The notes below the pieces were generated by a model. That model made no database searches, was not told where the DNA came from, and worked only from the letters and a program-made list of their open reading frames with translations. Both the position numbers and the translations under genes were made by a program. Positions 17,001 through 26,500 of a stretch of DNA of 64,000 nt are shown piece after piece (position 1 is the first letter of the stretch; every line of letters starts with the position of its first letter). The stretch spans positions 2,204-66,203 of IMG/VR virus record IMGVR_UViG_3300008110_000042. One strand, 5' to 3'. The stretch is from a virus. Lineage: Duplodnaviria > Caudoviricetes.

Positions 17001-20000
17001 TATCATCGAAGTTTCGTTTATTACCAGATTTTTCATCAATAGTTATATCGTAAGAACCAAGATAATTTTTAGTTACAAAAATTTCAGAAACATTATCAAT
17101 TATAATTTTGTTATAACGATCAGCTTGTTGTTGTCCTGTAGTCCAAGCAACACCATCAAAGCCATGCTCTACAGCATACTTTAACATGCGTTTGAATATC
17201 AAACCACCCCATGCTTCTGATGATTTAAAAGGAGCTAAAGGTAATAGATCTGGATCTATAAGATTAAGACCTTCATTTAATGCTGTTAAGTCATCTAACT
17301 CTCTTGCTAAAGTACTTTCATATGTGAATAAAAAGTCTAATTCCTCAATATGCTGTTTATATGGTTTTACATTAGGTAAAACATCAGATGGCAATTTAGA
17401 CATTAATTGCTGCTTTAAAAAGTATTTAACTAAAACAAGAGCATCTGCTAAGTCTTTAGGTTCTTTTATTAGTTTTAATTCTAAATTCATTCTACTTATT
17501 ATATTGTCAACACTACTACTACGATAGCCGTATGCAAACGAAGAAGAATATTTAAATAAAGGATGTTGACTTATACTAATAATGTTATTGCCCATACTAT
17601 AAACAATATCTTTTGCTTTTGTCATTCCAGTAAGATCAAAATTACCTTCTGGAAATATAGCACCTACTCCAACTTCTTGTGAGCCATCAGCTATATCATA
17701 TAAAATATGTGCAGTAGAATCATTAAATGCATAGTTATTGTCCATAAGATCAAAAGTTTTATTACGAATAACAATATAAACTGGTTGTGTTATATCAACT
17801 CCATACGCATCAATAGATTGTTTAGATTTCCACGCTTTTTTAATTTCATCAGCATTAAAAGAAAGCTCAAACAATATATTATACTTATCTAGTTGTTGTG
17901 TTTTAGTTGAAAATAATTTATCAGGTAGTTCAGTATTAGAAAGTTTTACTTCATTATCCATAATTTTTTTTATATCAGGAACAATTGTATCTAATCTTTC
18001 ACTAACTTCTTTTATTCTCTGTTCGTTGTTAACAAACTCTTCAGGTTTTTCTGGTGTATCTTTAGGACGATAACCTTTTTCGTTTCCTTTTTGATGCCAA
18101 TCGCTTTGAAATTCTTCACCAAATAAAACTTTAAAGTTTTCTGGAGTATATCTAGTATTAGCACGACCATGTACAACAACATTTGTTACTGGAGTGTTAT
18201 TACCATGCCAGCCTCCTTCCCAATGTGTCATACCACTTTGTAATTCAATATCAGGAAATCTAATTAAGAATTCTCTTTGATCTTCACCATTAGGTAAAAC
18301 TAAAGTTTCGTGTTGATATTTATCCCAGATAGTATGACCACCGGGTAGTGGCTTTTCTATTGTTTCTCTATAAGGTGCAAATAAATCTAAGATAGCACTC
18401 TGAATATTTTCTGGTAATTTATCTAATTCGGTTTTAAGATATTCTTCAACTTGATTAAAAACAGTACTATAAACCTGAGCGCGTAATTCTTTATTTCTGA
18501 AATAAGGATATAATTCAGGTTGTTCTCTCATTAATCTTTCTTTAGGTAAATTATTGCCCCATAAAAGTGATTCATTAGCTTTAATTACATTTTCAGCAGT
18601 TACTTTACCATATTTAGATTCAGGTATTACTTCTTCAGGATAGAAAGTTGTAGCTTGCTCTTTACTAGTTACAAATTCAATATTATCTTTACTTGAATTA
18701 ATTAGATTACCATCTTTTAATTTTACATATTCCATACCACCAAAGACTTCTGACTTTTCAATATTAGCTGCAATAAACTCTTTAATGGCTGCAATAAGAA
18801 GCGGCCAATTATCTTTATCTGTTATTTCTGCTTGTTTTTCTAAAGCGTATTCTCCTAGCTTTTTAAAAAACAAAGGATCTCTAAGTGTTTTAGAAACAGG
18901 AATAACGCTAGAAGGAAATACAATTGTTTTGTAAGTTTTACCGCCGCTACTAGTAACTGAATCAGTTATTGGAAGTGTATCTGTTTTAATAAAATCGTGT
19001 ACTAAAACTCTTGAAACATTTTTCGTAGAATGAACTATTGTTGTTTCCGAGCCTTTAATAACTTCTTCTATTTTAACAGGTTTAATAATAGAAATAAGTG
19101 TATTTAAATCTACTTTAGCATCTTCAGGTAATGCATCCATATATTCTTTTAGACCAGTCCATTCAATCTCTTCTTGTTTAATACTACCCTTAACCAACAA
19201 AGCAGCAAGTTGTTGCTTTGTCATTGTTCTTTGTGGATTAGTCTTTATTGTTTCAACAAGACTAGAATAGAATGTAGACAACATCAATTCTTTTTGCGGT
19301 GTTGTGTTAAACGAAATATCAAATAGTTTATTTGAAGGATCATCAAAGCCTAAAATAAAAGCGGCTCTTCCAAGAAGACCAGTAACACTAGCCATTTCAC
19401 TTAAACCATTTTTCTCTAATCTATCTCTAACCAAATCTAAAATAGAATTATTAAAGTATTCATTTGAGCTAACAGTCTGTAGCAAGTTTGCTCTGTCTTC
19501 AACAGACATAAGATCTTTATTAGTAAAAGAAACAAAATCATACTTAGGATCTAATACAGGTTTTGCTTTACTACCAAAGACAGTCTTATCAAATAGAGGA
19601 TCTGAAGCAACTTCAAACAAACGCTTACCTGTAGTAACTAAGTAAGCATAGTCATACTTACCTTCAGGAATCTTTTCTTTCTTTGCATATTGTTCAAACA
19701 CATCAAGGATCTTAAGTGAGCGTTCTTCATAAGTAGCTGGAATAGCTCCCATGTTTCTTCGCTCAGCGCTGATTGAGAAGAACTGTTCTTTAAAGTATTT
19801 TAGTCTTTCTTCGGTAGTCATGTTAATAAACTTATCGTAGTCTTTAGCTGACTCAAAGAAATACATTACTTTATAAAGAAGAGAGTTAGTCTGTGTCTTT
19901 TTATATTCAGAGTAAGCTTCAACAAACATATTAAAATGTTTGCCTATTCTACCACCAGAATCAATTGCAGATAGCCCTTGGCTTTTAACTATAGTCATAG

Positions 20001-23000
20001 CAGCTATCATAGCTGGATCAAAGTATTGACCATTCATCAAGAATTCATACTCACCTCTAGTAAGCATGTACTTGTCATTGATTCCTTTTTTATGGATTAT
20101 TGTAGCAAACTCACGCGCATTAGTAGCAAACTTAGTATAGCCACCAGTTAACTGTGCAGATCTTGCAAAGACTTCATTTAACTCATGGACAGATAATGTT
20201 TGATCTGCCATTTGTTTATTGATGTTTGTAATTTCTTTTACAAGAGCACTAGCAGTATCATAAAACTCAGAACTATTTAAAATCCTAGTTGCGACTAGAA
20301 CTGCTTTCTGAATATCTAATAAAATAGATTTAGTCCAAGAGACATCTATTGGATTCATCTGTTGTATTATTGTTTCAGCTTCTGTTAACAATACTTTTGA
20401 AAAAGTCTGTACAAAAAATTCTTCAGCATTTATTAAATGATAAGTACTTAAGAATCTTTCGTTTAACATAGGATCATCTAGCTTTAAGGTAGATTTAAAA
20501 CCCTTGTCTTGAACAAGAGCCATACCAAAAGATGAAACAGCTTTGTTGTATAACTTAAGATTTGATAAATAGATATTACCTGTAGCTCTTGATTTAAAAT
20601 AAGCGTGACCTATCTCATGTAGGATAGATCTAATGCGCTGATTTGATCTTGCTTTTGGAGATAGGAAATAACCAAAGTTTGCATTAAGTGTAATCTTCTT
20701 CTTATCATATTCCCATTTAGCAACAGTAGAAGCATCGCTTACTATTGACTTTGTTCCAGTAACTTCATCTGTCTTTACTGTTGTCATTTTTTCTACACCA
20801 AACTCAAGGAATGGAACATCACTAAAGTTTAGATGAACAACAGAAGCAAATAAAAGAATACGATCTTCGCTTGTAAGCATGGAGTTAGTTACAAGACTGT
20901 CAACATAGTCTGCAAACTTTTTAGCGGAGTCTTTGCTACCTGAAACAATAGAAACAAAAGCATTTGATACATCTGCTTTGTTATCATTTAGATATTTAAT
21001 CTTAGCTACTCTATCTTTATCAACCTTTGCAATATTAATTGCGTTTCTAATTTGCATTGATAGAGCGTTAAAAATAGTTTCTTTGCGTTCCTTAGCTCCA
21101 GCAATATCTCTTACGGCATTCTCAGTTGTTTCACTGATTTCACCAGTAAGCTTTGCTTCTAAAATAGCAGCATCAACAACATCAGAAGCTTCTGTTGGAA
21201 TACCAGCTTTTACAGTCGCTTCTCTTTCTGGAGAGGTTGCAGCAGATTCAATAGCTTCAAGTAACTTATGAGCTGCTTCTTCTGCCGCTACTTTTCTTTC
21301 AGCTGCTGGCTTTGCTGTGTCTCTTGCTTCCTTAATTAGATCAGGAATATTACGCTGAGATCTTTTTTTTAATCCTTCTAGTTCTGCCTTAAGTGCCTTA
21401 TAACGATCTGAACCTAGACGCTTACGAAGTCTAAAAAACTCTCCCTTGCGTTGTCTTTCTAGTTCTTCATAGACACGCTCTCGTTCTTTTGGTAGACCAA
21501 CAGCTTCTGTTTCTACCTTCTTGGCATCTTCTAGAAACTTCTTACCAGCAAACAAGACACGCATTTTATCAGATACTGACATTTGATCAAAGACTTCACC
21601 AGACTCAATAAATCGCTCAGAGCCTTCATTATTAGTACGACGAGCAAACTCAGTCATTACTTCATGTATATTTCTAAAGACACGATTAGGCGCTGCTCTA
21701 GCAATATATTCTGCTGTAGTTTCATTCTCATATCGGCGTGTACCTACATCTTCTGGTGTTGATCTAGCTACTTCAGGAGAATTCAAAGCTTCTCTTGTTT
21801 CAACACGATCAACTCTTGCTTCAGTTTCGGTTGCCATTTTTTCTGCAGTAATATCAGTATTTTCAATTACTGCTTCTTTAGCTAGCTTTTCTGGAACTGG
21901 AGCATCAATGATTGGCTTTTCAGGCTTCTTCATAAGACCAGAAATATTATCAATTGTATTACCTAGTGGAGTTCCTTCAAGGGTAAGACGCTTATCCAAT
22001 GAGTTTCTAAGCCCACGACCAGCATCAATCTCTACGCCTTGCACTCTGTTTCTAACAGCACCAACACCACTGCGTAACAATCCACCACCAAGACCAAACA
22101 CACCACCAAACGCCAAGCCTTCTTCTAATGCTGTTGTAGCAATCAAAGAAGCATTATAATCAGTGAGTGCGTATGGGTTGGCGTATAGAGTTGCAGCACC
22201 AAAGGCAATTTCTCTTTGCTGTCTAGCATACTCAGCTAAGCCACCTTGTACTGCTCCGAATGTAAACGCAGCAGCAGCTCCACGCAGCAAACCAAAGTTA
22301 CTTACATAACTAGGCATAATGCCAAGTGGTAGTTTATAAAGTGTTTCAGTTGTGTAAGCAGTTGCCCTTAAAGCCTTACCAGCAACAGATGCAGAATCAT
22401 AGACACGCTTTAAGCGCATAAACAAAGATGTCCCACCTAAAGCAGTGGCTGTTGCTTCTGCTGCCATAACACCACCAGCTAAACCAGCGGCGGTTCCTAC
22501 TCCCGGAACAAGAGATCCAATGGCTGTTGTAATACCAGCTAATGCCAACTCAGCACCAATACTTGGAATAGTGTCAGGGCTATTAATCATACCTCCAACA
22601 AGACCATCTCGGAATAAACGAACATAGTCTAGTGTTGTTGGTTTGTATGTTCCAATTCTTTTTTGAATGTCAGTAACATTTAGCTGATGCATGATACGAA
22701 TCATTGCATGGTCAGCATTTGGAGAATCACTTACAAAAGAAGAATCAATACCATTTTCTAATAGATATTGATTTACAATTGGATTTGAAAACTTACTTGA
22801 AAACCAATTATTTGGTTCAAAGTTTGGGTCTTCTCTTGCCATAATCTTTTCAATATCTTTTGTATCTCCAGCTAATTCTGTATCAGAGAATGAACTAGTA
22901 ATTCCAAACAAATCTTGAGCGACAAATTGATCGAACCAGTTAAAGCCTAGCTTTTCATCAGCTTTGCTTTGTGCTTCTGCATACAAAAGCTTTGTTGAAA

Positions 23001-23484
23001 TATCTCTAATTTGTTTCTGTCTATCAGTAAGTTCGTCATAAGACAAACCACTAAGATCCTGTAACTGCTCGGCTTGAAGCATCATGTCTAGATTTTTTCT
23101 ATCGACATCTAATGCTTCTGTGGTAAGCTCGCTATCCCCATAGCGCATTGGGGATAGCGGAGCCTTACCGATTAATTGTCGCCATGCAGCACCCTTAGTA
23201 GGATCATTAGCAATACCAAGAAGACCGTCTGATACGCCAGTGAGATTTCCTTCTAATGAGCCTAAAGCCTGAGTCAAAGCATAAAACTGATTATAGGTTT
23301 CGACCTTCTTAATGTCACCCTTTACATATGAAAGAGGATCAGTAAGACGCGCTGGGTCTAAAAATTCTAAATTATCTCCGTCATAAGCAGCTAATACTTG
23401 GGCTGGTCTATAAGCATTTAGTTGGAGTAAACCAGCTGATGGTTTCTCCGAACCTATAGGAAATCCTTCTGAGTAATTTAACAT
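11020..23484 (-). CDS. giant internal virion (ejection) protein, gp16-like position, multi-domain
   Basis: 4154 aa; last of the internal-virion run; Gly/Ala hydrophobic segments near both ends; HEIGH and EEFQSDWHQ motifs. Confidence 0.8.
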   Translation of the reverse strand: MLNYSEGFPIGSEKPSAGLLQLNAYRPAQVLAAYDGDNLEFLDPARLTDPLSYVKGDIKKVETYNQFYALTQALGSLEGNLTGVSDGLLGIANDPTKGAAWRQLIGKAPLSPMRYGDSELTTEALDVDRKNLDMMLQAEQLQDLSGLSYDELTDRQKQIRDISTKLLYAEAQSKADEKLGFNWFDQFVAQDLFGITSSFSDTELAGDTKDIEKIMAREDPNFEPNNWFSSKFSNPIVNQYLLENGIDSSFVSDSPNADHAMIRIMHQLNVTDIQKRIGTYKPTTLDYVRLFRDGLVGGMINSPDTIPSIGAELALAGITTAIGSLVPGVGTAAGLAGGVMAAEATATALGGTSLFMRLKRVYDSASVAGKALRATAYTTETLYKLPLGIMPSYVSNFGLLRGAAAAFTFGAVQGGLAEYARQQREIAFGAATLYANPYALTDYNASLIATTALEEGLAFGGVFGLGGGLLRSGVGAVRNRVQGVEIDAGRGLRNSLDKRLTLEGTPLGNTIDNISGLMKKPEKPIIDAPVPEKLAKEAVIENTDITAEKMATETEARVDRVETREALNSPEVARSTPEDVGTRRYENETTAEYIARAAPNRVFRNIHEVMTEFARRTNNEGSERFIESGEVFDQMSVSDKMRVLFAGKKFLEDAKKVETEAVGLPKERERVYEELERQRKGEFFRLRKRLGSDRYKALKAELEGLKKRSQRNIPDLIKEARDTAKPAAERKVAAEEAAHKLLEAIESAATSPEREATVKAGIPTEASDVVDAAILEAKLTGEISETTENAVRDIAGAKERKETIFNALSMQIRNAINIAKVDKDRVAKIKYLNDNKADVSNAFVSIVSGSKDSAKKFADYVDSLVTNSMLTSEDRILLFASVVHLNFSDVPFLEFGVEKMTTVKTDEVTGTKSIVSDASTVAKWEYDKKKITLNANFGYFLSPKARSNQRIRSILHEIGHAYFKSRATGNIYLSNLKLYNKAVSSFGMALVQDKGFKSTLKLDDPMLNERFLSTYHLINAEEFFVQTFSKVLLTEAETIIQQMNPIDVSWTKSILLDIQKAVLVATRILNSSEFYDTASALVKEITNINKQMADQTLSVHELNEVFARSAQLTGGYTKFATNAREFATIIHKKGINDKYMLTRGEYEFLMNGQYFDPAMIAAMTIVKSQGLSAIDSGGRIGKHFNMFVEAYSEYKKTQTNSLLYKVMYFFESAKDYDKFINMTTEERLKYFKEQFFSISAERRNMGAIPATYEERSLKILDVFEQYAKKEKIPEGKYDYAYLVTTGKRLFEVASDPLFDKTVFGSKAKPVLDPKYDFVSFTNKDLMSVEDRANLLQTVSSNEYFNNSILDLVRDRLEKNGLSEMASVTGLLGRAAFILGFDDPSNKLFDISFNTTPQKELMLSTFYSSLVETIKTNPQRTMTKQQLAALLVKGSIKQEEIEWTGLKEYMDALPEDAKVDLNTLISIIKPVKIEEVIKGSETTIVHSTKNVSRVLVHDFIKTDTLPITDSVTSSGGKTYKTIVFPSSVIPVSKTLRDPLFFKKLGEYALEKQAEITDKDNWPLLIAAIKEFIAANIEKSEVFGGMEYVKLKDGNLINSSKDNIEFVTSKEQATTFYPEEVIPESKYGKVTAENVIKANESLLWGNNLPKERLMREQPELYPYFRNKELRAQVYSTVFNQVEEYLKTELDKLPENIQSAILDLFAPYRETIEKPLPGGHTIWDKYQHETLVLPNGEDQREFLIRFPDIELQSGMTHWEGGWHGNNTPVTNVVVHGRANTRYTPENFKVLFGEEFQSDWHQKGNEKGYRPKDTPEKPEEFVNNEQRIKEVSERLDTIVPDIKKIMDNEVKLSNTELPDKLFSTKTQQLDKYNILFELSFNADEIKKAWKSKQSIDAYGVDITQPVYIVIRNKTFDLMDNNYAFNDSTAHILYDIADGSQEVGVGAIFPEGNFDLTGMTKAKDIVYSMGNNIISISQHPLFKYSSSFAYGYRSSSVDNIISRMNLELKLIKEPKDLADALVLVKYFLKQQLMSKLPSDVLPNVKPYKQHIEELDFLFTYESTLARELDDLTALNEGLNLIDPDLLPLAPFKSSEAWGGLIFKRMLKYAVEHGFDGVAWTTGQQQADRYNKIIIDNVSEIFVTKNYLGSYDITIDEKSGNKRNFDDISANELHNYVGKAKAKEITDSSRDNVFEPFVIKPSEEGGTMLFGATGYLEFYENIMVKVANKIGKKYKTSVKLQEVNGIGKQPYLPITDEMRMAILKDGLPLFNKLDGDNTPAEDIVRWQNKEDALANIVMLKDTKVDIGLLVKVAAANIDEAIVNKILTGSKSPEEFIGTLYDMINTDQVKQTKGSGKWVINKPTTKSKRKKAAESTSATKLKSEEKAASELSEVVTTDNLEEALIKVITLRPDLIDAYTVIQVSEKRTASLELAVANGDIATINNLMAYLTTTGKNATKDQERKDQRAGRLNVDSDEGTNEKPVQTNRLANLYEKKKLGKAELSDVYLQKALEWHEASNGSWLTPEAVSLLKAKLALGTDSKVAAQSEKLFGKAIKRAAITARLNTLKLFITEEVAKHKLLESTLNEAGQKLRELDNDKKKAIEESRKNAEKANKEIKNTTRVQPVTKQRTIVEAGSRIRQTQALAESLKNKNPESLATPTIPETEASLFRATEETITGKKPEQTIRPAKQVDAILNGTNSGKKEAIGFTPKRPLKMDVESADILSADPVKLESVKKTASRIGSDALVFKDGSVIPLTTSDLPVLGATVIDAVPEQPKMLEIAKAADNTPVINVINRPRIDAPKQKKEGLPVATKKIRVPRKPKSKTTTVPTGETRLPTIEKIVATVKEIPTDVVETTKAEKIERKFNEDIELLRVSGMDSGFLRKFLKKYWESKVEPDGSETVTPMFEMLWSHYVNVNQFIADANKRVLGEDILTKFWQAVDRLYVSDSLRVKVTEGPAGKKPLTYRQLLDKAAKEIQIEGKPEFVIPVLPEDIVFTKVDEAGNYRLNGKTKKVKSLIDEAGIDAKIPGPPSTDAVIKDIKEAEIPPEPTAPEPELPNEKVIENAINNVESGTSRLLRVNNLVGAIFGGNQRDSRTWWENLMNKSVNATQNGSRQGDTLRSVAPLLSFVSRFFDDRKTQTGHLVGAGKTAFKTAMQLRGEEGRLITRIFKEYAKINTIMPRMTNDQKAQLDIYTYETLFTNKQPNKADIVALGIPALYAEPITKQLSLLLKAARLANKNILDLETNTGRLLTVDADGNPISPDVFAPTQVDHEGLESIMRDRAARSNLLDKLVEVRTNRKLKDDKLDINTLIVLGWLDVEYNEKDQTLNIFAPDRTITYSEAANMFSLDTLQKLHESDITKSGISGKKSDILKLLRKSNPEKYFVLEFDDRYSVYRIPERVTDLAPHDKTKYIAAIQGDTAMYIEKWRKKLDGRNLVRVEMEEMLKFKTKSYPYNSTKDFNSIYNQPFFKLDPEGKTILPIKGLTPEEMFSTPETKAILRTNLAEAYFYFLKGRYFELAFQRELDRMLGKTGITILDVFNYVRKKTYDSFDNLSKDQDWSEAELRTAKNSLEEGLNRLYEEYQFNADTLPYLKSETGHSARIGLAAIRFKFSAGYGISAFTETMTELAKQSPELYTIPKNIIKAMRYVLADYRASKRKLLESDIGDMTFILESFRTDLANRYMGEIGYGAFKSDSRFGTRVNDTIINVKNGVGALEKGTRTLEEAGKWMQSIGSLQAITNGTRALAKQRIQRMIWRDISKGRVETLFDALTETTTASQLAELKKAAATDAKAEAKLWKEFAGIARHTAKFGDANEAALFLKYGLTTKEQIRHLKWAMEKANHRDGRVNILDLMDIHEDLRNNPVEGIDMDVMESAISSYAFMVEDLIIKTATSELGGLNKMTSLDSKSALGRMWYALTSWVQSYQDNVILDYGGRSTLKYLAGGIFLYAAMDTIVGLFKEWLAGRETEDIMEELDKQPSQYVLRGLTRVPFLGLYNGFLESGVSTVAGLTGGTYKYYGVPFLPAGAGAGMNTLESDFRSAQRLIEDPFSINAVKEASNLFGPTSLVNRSPVAIPVRVLEDAQVFKEMNAIQQYLDMVQREPYPYQKKAGTMFRPISLDVNQPAPRNYVMETAQAEKALGKQKTMGYDQRGVSEELGKLLE

Positions 23485-23520
23485 TACAGTCCTTTCTGGG
23501 AGCTATGCGCCATGAATAGG

Positions 23521-26500
23521 TTATAGCTGTAGCATTGCTGCTATAGCTTCAATTCGTGTTTGTTTAGTTGATCTATTAGTCTTACTCATATACCCATCAG
23601 GATATAGAGTCATTTGAAAGTATTTTCTTTTGATATTTACAAGTTTACTTGGATCTTTAATCGCTTCTAAAATACTATCAGTATTTGTTATTTTTACATT
23701 TCTTAAAGAATAAGCTTGTAAGATTTCATCCTTAAGTTTAATTTCTCTTAGTTCATCTAGAGTAAATTCATTTGGATTAAGCTGTCCAATAACTTCATTC
23801 ATTGTCTTAGCTGCTTCTTCTTTAGTTGGTTTATTCCAATCTAATGCACCATTATTTTTCCGAATAGCTTGAGTATTGTTTGGTTGTTTACCAGCAATAA
23901 CTCTAAGTTGATATTCTAGTTCTGGTTTTGTTAGTGGAGAATCTTGAATTGTTTTCCAAGATTGCTCACTTAAACCAAAAGAAGACTCAGCATTATAAGG
24001 ATTGTTTGAGCTTTTAATATAATGAACTACATTAAAAGTTTGTTCTGGAATATTCCATACTGTTCTTCCTGTTGATCTACGGATTACAGATAATTCGTCA
24101 GTTCCAAAAAGAGAGTTCAACCAATCTTGTGGATCAGCATCTATATTATTTTCTCTGAAGATTTCTATATCTCGCTTGTTTGTATCCACAAAACTAGAAT
24201 AAACACCACGAACAAAACCTTCAGTACCAGCAATAACAGTAGGAGCTGCTGCTAATTCAGGCATTACATTAGGACTAGAAGGTGTTCTTTCTTTGATTGT
24301 TTCTTCTATACCTTGCCCAATATAACCCTGCTCTCTTCCTTGAATTGCAATTCTAGCTCTAAGAGGTAGGGTTGAAGAGTGTCCGGGTAGGAAATATTCA
24401 CTAGGAATTTCTTCTGGGTTATCTGGAAAACTTCCAGTGTCTGTATATAGCTGAGTCCAGTTAATATATCTAAAGTCAGGATTATTTATAAGATCCTTGC
24501 TATACGCATATTTCATAAAGTCTTGCTGGAATGTAGCAAGTTTTTCCTGAGAAATTGTAGAAGGCTTTGCTAAATTTTCAAGAGCTTCAGTAGATATTCT
24601 TGGAATAGGCTGCGTATAAAAAATTGATTTAGCTGCTTTTGCTTTTTCTTGCTTGGCTTTTAAACCAGTTAATTCTGATGAATCTGCAGCAGTCGCGGAA
24701 TCTATAATAAGACGGTAGTCTTTATTACTTTCTTCAGGACGAAGCATATAATACTTACCGCTCTTATAATATAGATTCAATCCATTGGAAAGATTAGTCT
24801 CAACACCAGTAATAAACTTCTCACTGTTTGGAGAATAAAGAATTAAACCTTTATTATCTCCTCTTTGAACAGCAAAATCAGTTGAGGAAGATTTAGTAGC
24901 TCTTTCCATATTAGTATTTCTACCAAAGTCTACTTGAGAATTATCTTGATATACACGCATAGCGTTAAAAATATAACCAAGAAATTCTACATTAGTTTTT
25001 GCGCCATTAGCAACTGCTTTATCAAACAACTGCTTTAAGTTAGCGTCAGTAAACAATGCTTTATTTTCATCATAGGTTTGAGTACCATCAGCATCTCTTG
25101 CAATTTCCCAAGCTAAGTTTTTAGATTTCTTTAACTGTGAATCTGACATAACAATATCATGGAATGCTGTATTGTTTTGAGCAAAGAATGCTTTAGCATC
25201 TTCAAAGGTAGTTAAAGGACTATTTACATTAGCAAGAATAGCAGATTTAGTTGGTAGATAAGGTTCATTAACAGCGTAAATAACTTGATCTGCTTCCATT
25301 GGTCCAAAATTAGGGGCTGATTCAGAATCAAAAGGAACAAAAGTATAAGGATATATACCTCGTTCGGCTTCTAAATACTTAGACATTCCTTTTTCAAGGC
25401 TTAGTCTATTACCGCCACTAGCATCTGTTTCTTGTGGAATATACAATAGTGGTGTTCCATCAGCAGTCATTGGAGTAATGGCGCCTAGTTGTCGTGATCC
25501 TTTTGGTGTAATTACTTCTATGTAATCTGTACCAGAAGCTCCAGTTAATTTTGTAATTTTAATGGGACGGCCTCCTCTTGGAGTTCCCATAAAATTATAC
25601 ATAGTTTGGCTATAATTAAAAGACGCATCAAACCAAGGAATTGCACCTGTACTAGAAGTAATTGGTAAATCATCAAAGACTTGCTTTGCTGCTACTAATC
25701 TAGCTTCAAATGCTGGAGTATATCCCTCAGCAAATACAATACCATTCTTACCTTTTGATGTTCGTTTTTCCATTGCAGTTGGAGAAGAAGCAATAGTAAA
25801 GCGTAGTAAATCAAAACCAGTAATAGAAGTTTGAATTCTAACTCCATTTTTATCTCTGGTTGTGTTTACAGCGCCATCAAGCAAAGCTTCAAAAACTTCA
25901 GTATCAACTTGTGGGTTGATTTGTTTTGCAAAATTTAAAGCACTGCTTTTAAAATCTCTATCAGCAGTCATAGTATTAAGCCAGTTATTCCCAAACATAT
26001 GGGCTTTAATCAAAGCTTTATCTTTTTCTACTGGATCTTTTAACAGTTCCTTTTTTTCTTTAGGCAAACCAGCAAGCATAGGAGATTTATCCAAAGATGC
26101 TTTTATGTTTTCCATATAAGACATGTTAGGAGCATATAGAATAAGAGGCATGCCTGTATTTGGATTATTAGTTACAATGTAACCTTCTCTTCTTACTTGT
26201 TCATCAAGTAAAGTTTCAATTGCTGTTTTTCTAGCTTCACTATCAGTACCGAATAAACCGGGATTACTTTCTAATGTAGCAGAAACTCTGGCAAGTATAG
26301 GAACAAGTGCTGGATTTTCTGCCAATAAAGAAGAAGCTGAAATATTTGGAGTCTCGTCTATTAGATTACCTGCTTTAGCAGTTAATTCAAGACTACCTTC
26401 TTCAATATCTGCTCCAAATTTTTTTAGTAAAGAATAGGTTACGCCAACTAATTCTTCAAACTTAGCTACATCTTGTGGATTTTGAGAACCATTAAAGATT

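Noticed and set aside
11020-23484. N4- or crAss-type virion RNA polymerase
   Set aside because: The size is suggestive, but I found neither single-subunit motifs A/B/C nor a DFDxD/DxDGD catalytic motif by eye.
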